NCBI GenBank assembly: GCA_030141605.1
Contig: JAQGDQ010000244.1
Coordinates: 124,001-188,000 of the forward strand
DNA: 64,000 nucleotides
Direction: 5' to 3'
Origin: Tubiluchus corallicola
Lineage: Eukaryota; Animalia; Priapulida
Part shown: piece by piece, positions 1-10,800 of the stretch
Numbering within the stretch: the first letter of the stretch is position 1
How the letters are laid out: each line of letters opens with the position of its first letter
Made by a program: the position numbers and the translations under genes
The notes under the pieces: model-generated
Database searches by the model: none
What the model was told of the DNA's origin: nothing
The model's input: only the letters and a program-made list of their open reading frames with translations

Positions 1-25
1 CAGCATATACCTTATTGTACTGCAG

Positions 26-538
26 GCTCCTCACTTTATGCAAAAAAATTTTCTGGGCTTTTTTGCTGATGTGCTTGATAATAGGGTATCTGTCATTTTC
101 CAGGCCTTAGCTGAATCTCAAAGCGTAGAAAAATTGTCTGACAATCGTGATCTAGGAAATGTCTTGCAAGCGTTTGGACTGGCGCCTCCAAAACATTCGA
201 GAAAGAAAATGCCCACTCCCGAAGTCAAAAGTGTTCAAGATCATCCGTCCAATAAGAAGAAAAACAATGGCGCCTCAACATCGCTTGTTGATCGCTTCCC
301 AACCGTTTTTCATTCAAGTGTCGATTTTTCTCTGGAAAATTCGCAAGAACTTTCTAGAAAATCTTTCTTGAATTCATCGTTAGCGGATTTGGCAGATACG
401 GAGGCACAACTGGAAGGGCTGTGGACCAATCACAAAGAAATAACTGCAGATGACAATGAACAAGATGCAATAACTGTAGTTGGAGTTGACAGTCGAGATC
501 TTGTCCAGAGATCGCCCGATTTAATTACTTCATTTTAA
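26..538 (+). CDS. Probable last coding exon of an unidentified gene that starts upstream of the window
   Basis: Acceptor ttattgtactgcag ends at 25; the frame is open from 26 (APHFMQKNFLGFF...) to TAA at 536-538; C-terminal half is low-complexity; no family recognised. Confidence 0.55.
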   Translation, partial: APHFMQKNFLGFFADVLDNRVSVIFQALAESQSVEKLSDNRDLGNVLQAFGLAPPKHSRKKMPTPEVKSVQDHPSNKKKNNGASTSLVDRFPTVFHSSVDFSLENSQELSRKSFLNSSLADLADTEAQLEGLWTNHKEITADDNEQDAITVVGVDSRDLVQRSPDLITSF

Positions 539-2306
539 GAATTGTGACTACAGAACTTCTAAGTTTATCTCATTTGTGGTTTTTCTAAGTATTTTTACAT
601 TAGAAAATTTATCTTAGCTGATTTTGTCAGATAATCTTAATTCGGTTATCGCAGTTGCAGAAACTTATCATCTCTTGCAAAGCAAAAAATCAGTTTTCCT
701 TGTGTTTCAATCCTCGAGTTTTTCTCTAGATTTGTATTTATCTGTTCTGTGGAATTCAAGATTTCTGTTTTCGCAAAATTTCTGATTAGGAAATGCTTGA
801 AGTTATACATTAGTTAACCATATTTACGAATTTTTAAAATCATTCCAAACATTTTGCAAGGCTAGTTATTATTACACTGTATAAAACTTTATTCAATGCT
901 TACTAAGAGCTTGACATGTAGTTTTGCACACATTATAATCTCGGTTTGCCGGACCTCGCTTTTACGGATATCTGAAGTCCCGCGTACTACGGACACAGTT
1001 TGTTGTTCCACAAGCTGACCGCTAGTTAGCAGGCTGTCACTTTGTTCACAACATTACATCAGTGTAACCACGTGTATATCTCTATGCATAAAAGTATAGA
1101 GTCAATTATGCGGAGTTATCCGAGTCAAATGACGGCAGTTTTTATATACTTTTGCATAGGAGCAACCCGTACTAGACATTTTTGGGGCAATTAGGCGATT
1201 GATTCTACATTACCGTGAGTCTAGTACATGGTACTTGCTGTATTATAGCTTAGTATAGGAGACAATTAGGCGATTGATTCTACATTACAGTGAGTCTAGT
1301 ACACTGCGCCTACTGTATTAGCTTGGTATTTGTAAGTACGGAGAATCGACAAAGTCTCATTGCTTCTGTCTGGCAAACAGAGATATTAGTGTATTTCTTT
1401 GTTATACATGTAAACGTACATCTCTTCAGTAAATTCCATTAAGCTTGGCACTTTGTTCATTCCACTATTTATGTTTTTCGTTTGAGTGTGAATCACTTTA
1501 CTGAGGAATAGTCCAAATAAAAACAAACACAAACAAATTTAGTACTTGTACCTATTAGTGAGCAAAGACGTGTATGGATTTTCTGATTAATGAATTCTAA
1601 TCCAGTCATTTATCATTGCACAATAACTATTTGTTTGATATAGCTGGTTTAGCATTTGAGCATTAAATAAGTAAGATTATCATAAATTGTGCCTTAAGAG
1701 TCTTATAAGTAATATTGATTGTTGCTGTAAAACTATGTGTGTTTACAATTCATTATAGAGCACAGCATTTTTATTCATTTTATATCATAGATGTGATATT
1801 TATTATACTTAAATAAACTGTTTATCTGAGTGAATAGATCTGGTTATGTTTTAAACATAGGCTTAATAATAATAATTGCATATTATCAAAGGACGCTATA
1901 TATATCATATATCTATATCAAAGCAGTCTAAACACTGAACATATTCTTTGCAAAATGCCATAAAATATTTAAAAAATGATGGTATTACCCTTTAGCTTAC
2001 AAACTGGTTACAATAATACAATTTACAATGACAAGGTTTAAATCACACGAAATAGGGATTTGTGCAATCGTAAAAATTGACAATTATCTTCAAACTTAAT
2101 TTTAACAGTATGTATACTGTCACAAAAGGTGCGCTTTTCATGGCGATTCAAAGAAACCCAAACAATGATTATTACATGTGTGTGAATAGACGGCTCAATA
2201 CTGAATAATTAATAGTCCATTTTCCTTGCGTGCAAAGGTCTATCATCCTAATCTCTGCTTTATATAAAAAAAGTATGACTCCTCTAGTCATCTGTTTACT
2301 GTGCAT

Positions 2307-2646
2307 TAGGGGTGAGCACTGAATGTTCGAATCGAATTCGTTTCGAACGAGTTTTTTTATGTTCGAATGCCATTCGAAGCTAAAATTATAGATTCGAATA
2401 ATTCAGCCACATATGTTCTTTATCATTAAAATGTTTGAAACGTTTGATTATGCATGCAATTAGCATAATTTAGCTGCAGTTTCTGTGCAGAATTTTTAAA
2501 AAATTAATAATGGTTTTACTGCAGAATGAAATCGAGCAATATGCACTATCTTTGTAAGACCACTTTTTAGTAATGGCTCGAAAAACTGAAAGTCGCAAAT
2601 TAGATTCGATACGATTTCACTTTCTGGTAGAGAATGCTCACTCCTA
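2307..2646. mobile_element. hAT-like MITE
   Basis: TIRs taggggtgagca / tgctcactccta; 8-bp flanks ctgtgcat (2299-2306) and ctgtgcaa (2647-2654), 7/8 match; subterminal TTCGA repeats. Confidence 0.7.
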
Positions 2647-3364
2647 CTGTGCAAACAAGTGTAGTTAGTAATGGCAAACACTGCTGGATATTGATGTACT
2701 AGAGAACGTAAAGTTTAATGTACAAAGTTTAGTGTACTTTTGTGGAAGGCTGTGCCTGCAACATACTTTTTCTAGTATAATCATAAGCTATGCAGTTATA
2801 AATACATACAATTTGCAAGTAATAACTTCCAAGATAGTGGTCAAGGTTTAAAAATATTGACTTTAAATACTTAGTAATGCTATTTTGCCCATAATCGAAA
2901 TTTCACTTGTAGTCAATAATAGGCCTATACTAAAACATATCTACCTACAGTCTATATTTATGAAAGATAGTAAACAGGATGATTATACTTTATTACTTTC
3001 AGTCTATGGAAAGTTCAGATTTACAATGGTTAAGTATGCACTCGCATACACAAAACAAAGTACAAGCCATTCTGAATCTAGAATTTTATTTTAAATATAA
3101 AATACAAATAAGTACACAAATTATTGTGGAAATAACACATTCTGAACTTCACCAATAAGCAAGTATAAGATGCAGGTTCAGTGGATACTATGTACTACAT
3201 GCTAGATAGTATATTATATAGCGGTCCAAGGGCATTTCAAACACCTCAAAAAATAATAATAAAATTCCTGTTAGTTGTAACGTTTCATTGCAAATTTCAC
3301 TTTCACAAGGCGTATGTCCTCACTACACACTTGGTTCATGCAACTCGGTCGATTTGATTTTTTT

Positions 3365-3595
3365 GTTTCTTAGAAAGTTTCCCTGTGAATACACTCTTGG
3401 ATGGTTAGCTAAATAATTAGAGTCTGAAAGTCTGAAAACTCTCTGTCACACCAAACACATTTGTATGTTTCACTCCTGCGTGACTGACCTTACGTGTCTT
3501 TTCATGTCATGAGCTCTTGTGAACCACTTATCACACCATATACAGTGATTCTCCACTGTGTGTGCTTTTTTTAGGCTGCAAACAATTTCACACAC
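3365..3595 (-). pseudogene. Decayed C2H2 zinc-finger fragment homologous to the adjacent ZF gene
   Basis: Minus strand reads, with frameshifts, THSGE..CDKWFTRAHDMKRH..SHAG..YKCVWCDREFS..SNYLANHPRV; it parallels THSGEKPHKCDVCDKRFTRVYDVKRH..SHTGEKPYKCNLCAKQFS..SNLAKHSRV of the 577-aa gene. Confidence 0.6.
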
Positions 3596-4359
3596 AGGTT
3601 AAAATAGGTAGTTTCCTAGATAGTCTCCTAAACACCTTCAAAAGCTGCATGCATTTAGTGATAAGATTGAAAATAACATGAGTAGTTTTAGGAAGCAGGT
3701 ATTGACTTATTAAAATTAATCAGCTTCCGTGTAATAGATGTAATACTGGTTTGATTAGTAACTCTTTTGTAGTAGCACTGCAAGAATATTTTCATACTTT
3801 TGTTGTGCGCATGCACAGTTGCTGTATGCCAAAAGTTAAGTGTACCATAGCAACACCTCTTAACTACAACCGTCACATGGCAGTGTGGGTAAAGCAAAGC
3901 CATCTGTGACACGAGTTTATTAACTTCAGTTGTTTTACATGGATTTTACATAGTTACACATTATTCTGTGTGTAGAGTGATTTACTAGGTGGATCTTGCT
4001 TGGGAACAAGAAAAAATGAACTAGGTAAGATTCTAGCTAGTTGCTATAACTGTTACAATTACAACCGCGTGGGCTGCAAGGCATTGTCAAGTGTACACAA
4101 ATGTGTTGTCTGGTACACTTAAACTTTGACCTTTTCACGATCATCATCGTTTGCTGGGACTGTGAAAAGGCTTATTCAAACAGACATGAGCTGCAGAATC
4201 CAAAAACAGCAGAGAAACAATCAAATGCACTTGCCAGTCAAAGTGCAACAAAAGGGAATGCTGGTGCCCCGGCATGTACCAGTTCTGCAGGGTAATGACC
4301 AATCAAAGAAAACCAGATCTGAATTGAAACTGAAGACTGCTGCATGTGACTGCCAAGAC

Positions 4360-4878
4360 CAGGGATGAGAATGACAAATTGCAAAAAAATCTGAAACAGG
4401 CCGAGGGTTTTGGGGCCACCTAGGCCCCCAATGGGGTTCAAGGGAAGTCCCTTGGAACCAGCAACAAATTGCAATTTTGTAACCGTAGAAAACCTCTAAG
4501 TGGACTTAAAATATCAATTACCTTGTTTCATGCATAATTTAAAATACCCAACTATCAAGGATACATGATACCTAATTGTCTCAAAAATGCCTAAGTACTG
4601 GAAGCTAATATGCAAAAGTATATAGAAACTGTCTGCAATTGACTCAAATAACTACGCACAATTGATTCTATATTTTTATACATAGAGACATACACGTGGT
4701 TACACTGATGCACGTGATGTAAACAAAGTGACGGCCTGCCAACTAGCGGTCGGCTTGTGAAATAATGTACTGGATCCGTAAAAATTTTCTCAACGAATTT
4801 ACGCGTTTTACAAAAATGGCACTGCTGGTCTTCCAAAAACTCGGAATTCCGCATATCCGCGGAAAATTCTCATCCCTG
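4360..4878. mobile_element. MITE with 13-bp TIRs, containing a segment also found inverted at about 1014-1158
   Basis: cagggatgagaat at 4360 and attctcatccctg ending at 4878; about 4610-4755 is the diverged reverse complement of about 1014-1158; TSD unclear. Confidence 0.55.
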
Positions 4879-5157
4879 CAAAACAACTTTCTAAAGGGAG
4901 GTAAAAGTGACAAAGAAGCCTGACTGAAGAGATCTGACACATATGCAAAGCACGACGCACTTTCTAAATAGAAAAGTCATGTGTAAATTGGTATGAAGAC
5001 ATTTTGTATTCTGCACAGGTAGAAGCAGTTATGTTAACGATGACAAAGAGCATCAAGATATTAAAGTCACCACAAGGGACCACCCACTTCGATGAAGGTA
5101 GCTATTCGGTCGGTATTGCTCTAGAAAAATATTTTAAACAGATTCACGACATTCTAC

Positions 5158-6891
5158 CTAATGAATTGTCAAATGTCTTTTTAAATCACTGGACCTTGCA
5201 AAGCATTTGCTGCAGACACTGCACTTATGTGGTTTTATCCCATCATGCAGCTTTTCGTGTCTTCTTAGATTGGTTGATAAGGAAAAAGTTTTATCACACC
5301 TGTCACACTTGTATAGCTTCAAATCTGCAACTATTCTCTGGGACTCCAGGGAATCTGAGCTCGCATGTTGCTTCGCAAGTACTTTGCGTTTATTAGCTAT
5401 GTTTCCTGTATTACAAAGTTTGTCCTCTCCACAAATTTCATTTGAATCCACTTTAGCTAATTTTTGAACAAACTTCTTGGGGGGTTTTCTACGTAAATGC
5501 ACTCTCGAATGTTTAGCTAAATTGCTCGTGGTTGAAAACTGCTTGGCACACAAGTTACATTTGTAAGGTTTTTCTCCCGTGTGACTGAGCTTATGTCTTT
5601 TCACGTCATAAACTCTCGTAAACCGCTTATCACACACGTCGCACTTATGTGGTTTTTCTCCAGAATGTGTGTTCTTATGCCTGTTCAGATTAGAAGCGAA
5701 CGTAAAATATTTATTACACAAATCACAGACAAGAGGGTTTTTCGTATTAGCATGTACACGTTTCTTATGCTTAATAAAGAAAATTAAACTTCTAAATTGT
5801 CGCTTACAAATTTCACACCTATAAATTTTTTTGCTGTTATGGATCCTTTTATGAATAGAAAGAAGGCTTAATCTAGAAAAGCTTTTATTGCAAACTTCAC
5901 ATGGAAATGGTTTTTCGCCTAAATGCATGCGCTTGTGTTTCGTTAGAAGATCTGTGCATCTGAACTGTTTGCCACATATTTCGCATGTGTAAGGTTTGAT
6001 TCCAGTATGAATGTTTTTATGACGATTCAGATCGCTCGCCCTTGCAAAACTTCTAGAGCAAGTGTCACATGCAAATGTCTTCCCAGCCGTATGACTTTTC
6101 ACGTGCCGTTTCAAGTTGTTTTTCATTGTAAACTTTTTATTACATAAGTCACATTCGTGTAGCTTAGGCGCCAAATGTGTTTTAGCAATATGCTCATTCA
6201 ATGTAACTGAATCTACAAAAACACTATCACAAAGTTCACATGTAAAAGGTTGATCTATGTGAACAACTGCGTGTTTCTTTAAAGCATTTGCTTGCCAAAA
6301 TTTCTTACTACACTTGTCGCAAGAGTAAGATCGCTTTTTGGTTTTGGATTTTACGGAACCAGTTGCTTGAATAGTGTCTGTTGTCGACAGCTCCACCTGT
6401 GATGAAAATTCTAGATCAGTACAAGCAGACTGGTAAGTGAGTTCACCGAACTGTTGTCTTAACGTTTCATTACACAATTGAGATAAAGCACTAGGATCAT
6501 CTTTATTATAATACTGGCTTGGAAAACTTGTCAAATGTAATAAATCGTTGTGCTCTCTAGCATGACGACTCGAATCTAGGTTACTCACAGCTGCAGTTGC
6601 AGGAAGGTCTGTTCCTGTGTCAAGCTGTCCATCAGAGTTGGTATCCATAACAACATAGTAGCTAATGAAATCTTCCGGTATTTTGTTTGCTTGCAGTAGA
6701 TTAGTATAAGCTGAAGACGATACACCAGCTGCACCATCTCCACTGGGTGACAAATTTACTGCAGGTCCATAACCGTCGCTGATAAGTATTTTACAATGCC
6801 GAGTTCTTGCATGTTCGAAGAAATCCTCTTCAGCCATAAAATGTTCTGAACAGGCTGTACATTTGTAATGAACTGTTGGCTCAGCTTTCAT
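5158..6891 (-). CDS. C2H2 (Kruppel-type) zinc-finger protein, 577 aa, 13 fingers (1+10+2), single coding exon
   Basis: Repeated CxxC...HxxxH with HTGEKPY-type linkers; minus-strand acceptor AG at 6947-6946 with branch point actaac; an in-frame stop upstream of the ATG supports this start. Confidence 0.93.
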   Translation of the reverse strand: MKAEPTVHYKCTACSEHFMAEEDFFEHARTRHCKILISDGYGPAVNLSPSGDGAAGVSSSAYTNLLQANKIPEDFISYYVVMDTNSDGQLDTGTDLPATAAVSNLDSSRHAREHNDLLHLTSFPSQYYNKDDPSALSQLCNETLRQQFGELTYQSACTDLEFSSQVELSTTDTIQATGSVKSKTKKRSYSCDKCSKKFWQANALKKHAVVHIDQPFTCELCDSVFVDSVTLNEHIAKTHLAPKLHECDLCNKKFTMKNNLKRHVKSHTAGKTFACDTCSRSFARASDLNRHKNIHTGIKPYTCEICGKQFRCTDLLTKHKRMHLGEKPFPCEVCNKSFSRLSLLSIHKRIHNSKKIYRCEICKRQFRSLIFFIKHKKRVHANTKNPLVCDLCNKYFTFASNLNRHKNTHSGEKPHKCDVCDKRFTRVYDVKRHKLSHTGEKPYKCNLCAKQFSTTSNLAKHSRVHLRRKPPKKFVQKLAKVDSNEICGEDKLCNTGNIANKRKVLAKQHASSDSLESQRIVADLKLYKCDRCDKTFSLSTNLRRHEKLHDGIKPHKCSVCSKCFARSSDLKRHLTIH

Positions 6892-7726
6892 CTTTTTAGT
6901 CCTGATACTGAATCAGTTTTGCATCAGTATAGATTTTGAAATCGCCTATAAAAAGAAGAAAATGTTAGTGTGTCTATAAACTTCTATCTCAGTATATCCT
7001 TTCCTAATAAAGATTGTTTAGTAGTTTCTGCTGCTATAATTGTTAAAATACTTGTAAAAGCAATTCTAATGCCATAGCATTGCAATGAATAAGTATAGCG
7101 CACGGCCTAATAATTACACACCACTTAATTCTGCACACATGATGTAGGTACCGATGCCGAACAAGTCGGGTTGATACTTTTCTGTTTGTGATTAGCAATA
7201 ATACAAAAACGGATTTTAATACCCGTGGATTTACAAGGATACCGAGTAATGGCTACTACTGTATAATAAATAATCTAAAACGAGATGTCACTACGTACCA
7301 GAGACGGCAACTTGGCCAGTGACTTCTAATTCAGGAAAATATCTTCGCAGGATGTATGACCGTCACTGTGCAATAACTTGCACTGTACGGAATGCACACT
7401 CCAGTTTTGATTACAAAATTTAATTACAACTACACATTTGCATCCGCCATAGCTGGGCTTAGTTCGCACTATCAGGGTTTACTGCAGGCGCATATAACCG
7501 ATAATCACAATAGTCAGAGCATGAATGCTAGCCTGACGCAGGCCCACTACTAAATTTAATAATGTCACAGATTGTATAATATCCGCTATGATAAATTGAT
7601 AATGCGTCAAAAAATAACAGGTAAATATTTTTACAGCTGTTAGGTGATTAAGGTACATGCTAAGCATAATATTTTTTCTACCACTACAGAAGTGGTGTTT
7701 CTATTTTTTATAAGTCGCATTTTGTT

Positions 7727-7803
<77 letters not shown>
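7727..7803. repeat. (TAC)n microsatellite, left part
   Basis: Perfect tac array running up to the 5' LTR. Confidence 0.95.
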
Positions 7804-7804
<1 letters not shown>

Positions 7805-10800
7805 GTGCGGGTTTTGTGTTAATAGCACTGCTCGTGCGTAAGTAACGGCAGTGCGTTTTCTTGTGAAGAAATGATTACTGCATGTGCCATCTTGCGTTGC
7901 TTTCCACTGTGCAAGTATCTTATGTAATGTCATACATTTACTCATAATAATATTTCCAAGCAACCTAAATATGTGTTCGTGTCTTTGGGAATAAAACATG
8001 GCGCTGCGAGCTAACAAGCCGAGTCAATAAGGGATACTACTTCGACATGGAAGGTAATGTTAACGTACCTGATGGTAATGCTCCGCCAGCAGTGGTACAT
8101 ACTTTCGATTTTCGAACAGCATCTGTCGCACGGCCTGATATGCTGGATCTCAGCATTCATAGGGGAGAACATTTCCGTTTATGGAGAACCAAGTGGGATT
8201 CTTATTTTGAATTGTCGGGCCTAAGCACAGCTCAAAATCGAACGCAGTACAATGCCCTGATTGTAAATTGCAGTGATGACACGCTTAAGGTTATCCTTAA
8301 CCTTGGACTTCCTGATGCAGAAAAGCAAAATGTACCTCGCATATTACATGAAATAGAACGCTATGTTCGTGGTATAATCAATGTTGTGGTTGAACGGCGT
8401 AACTTTCACCAACGCGTACAACGTGAAGGTGAAAATGTAGACGATTTCATCACTGACATCCGCGAGTTAGCAAAGTCCTGTGAATTTTGTGACACTTGCC
8501 TACCTTCCTTGATCCGTGATCGCATTGTTGTGGGCATTCGTGACGAAGGTACTATTCGCAAATTATTGTCGCAAGACAACTTGTCACTGGAACACGCAGT
8601 AAGAATTTGCCGTGCTGATGAGGCAGCCAAACAACACTGTGAACAAATTAAGTCAGTGCCAATGATTAATAAAACTGCAGCAAGACGTAAAAGTCAGTAT
8701 AAACGCTATAAATCTGTACAGCAAGGCGCACAAACTGCAAGCACTTCGCAGTGTGCCAAGGTTTGTGGCAACTGTGGTTCTTTGCACGCATCACGTGACC
8801 GTTGCCCAGCAAAGGGCAAGACATGTGGTAACTGCGGTAAGCTTAATCATTTTCAAGCTGTTTGTCGCAGCAAAACTAAAAAATCTTCATTTCAGCCTCG
8901 GAGAACTGAAAGCCAGCTCAGTGTAATTCAACTGACTGGATTATTTCAGGTGGCTGCGCAAGAAAATCCACCAACAGTAAAAGTTAAAGTGACATCATTG
9001 AATGGGAACATTCTATACAACATGTTGCCTGACACTGGGGCTTCTGTTTGTGCTGGTGGTCTAGACTTTCTTTATGCATTGGGTGAAAATACCGCCAACA
9101 TTGACAAACCAGTGCATCAGCCAGTGGCAGTTGATGGTCACCATGTTACTGTTGTTGGCACACTTCCGTGCAAAATTATGCTGGAAGATAAATGGTTCGA
9201 GGACTCATTCCACATTATACCACAAATGACAGGTGCAGTACTGTCGTGGAAAGCTACAAAAGCCTTGAATTTGGTACCGGCAAACTATCCTACACCGCTA
9301 GCAAATTCTACATCTGTTAATGTGATGCGCAGTCTGCAGCCACCGAAGTCCCCGATTCCGGCACCTCGAAAATCGGCAATGGCAAAAACAACAGCTGAGG
9401 ATCTTATGGAGCAATTTCCGACAGTGTTTGATGGCTTCATACGCAAAATGCCAGGTGAAGAATTCCGCATCTCACTAACCGACGACGCCAAACCATTCGC
9501 TGTGAATGCGCCACGCCGCATCCCATTTGCTTACCGCGATAAACTCAAACGTGAACTTGACCGTTTGCAAGAACAGAACATTATTACTCCAGTAACGGAG
9601 CCTACTGAGTGGTGCGCACCGATTGTAGTCGCTCCAAAAGAAGATAAAGAGTCTGTTCGTATCTGCTGTGATTTATCACATTTAAATAAATATGTGAAAC
9701 ATGAGCGCTACTGCTCCCAGACACCAGCCGAAGTGGTGACAGAAATTTCTGCACACGATGCAAACTTTTTCACTGTCATCGACGCATTAAAAGGGTATCA
9801 CCAATGCCCGCTCTCTGAAGAAAGCCAGCATCTGACCACATTTATTACACCGTTCGGTCGGTTTAAATATTTACGTGCTCCATATGGCATTTCTTCTATC
9901 TCAGAGCATTATAATCGTCGCATGGATGAAGCTTTTCAAGGACTTAAAGGCTACAAACGCATTGTCGACGATTTTGTAATCTACGACAAGGACCAAGCAG
10001 AGCATGTCCAACACGTCAAACAATTTCTACAACGCTGTCAGGACCGCCAAATCGCGATAAACCGCGAGAAATTTCGATTCAGTCAAACAAAGGTAAAGTT
10101 TGCTGGTTTCATCTTATCGAAAGATGGGTACGAAATAGATCCGAGCATGACACAGTCTATTAGAGATTTTCCTATTCCCAAAAACGTAACTGACTTACGT
10201 TCATTTTTTGGTTTAGTCAACCAACTTGGATCATTCACCAACTGCATCGCTGATGTTCTTGCACCATTGCGACCTCTTCTTAGCAAAAAGAATGACTTTT
10301 TGTGGGATAAATCTCATGACAAAGCTTTTGCTGAAAGCAGAAAACTGTTGTCAAATTCTCCAGTATTAAGCTATTATATGCCAGGTCAACCGCTACAGCT
10401 TCATACGGATGCTAGCAAGCTCAATGGCATAGGATATGTACTCAGGCAGTATTATCCAGATCGAACCTGGAGAGTTATTCAGGCTGGATCAAGATTTTTG
10501 ACCGACACAGAAAGCCGTTATGCACCCATCGAACTAGAGATGCTTGCTGCTGTTTGGGCAATGTCAAAGTGCCGCCTGTTTTTAGAAGGTGCTCAAAAGT
10601 TCGAGTTGGTAGTTGACCATAAACCACTCAAACCTATCCTGGATTCTCACCGCTTGGATGAGATCGACAATCCAAGGCTGCAACGTATGAAAATTAAAAT
10701 TATGCCCTTTAATTTCCGCACTACCTGGTGTGCAGGAGAATTGCACAAGGCAGCAGATGCATTATCACGTTCGCCAGTCTCGGCACCTGATGAAACCGAT

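Noticed and set aside
2320-2400. TTCGAA cluster as a heat-shock element
   Set aside because: Spacing mostly does not follow nGAAnnTTCn; better explained as hAT-MITE subterminal repeats.
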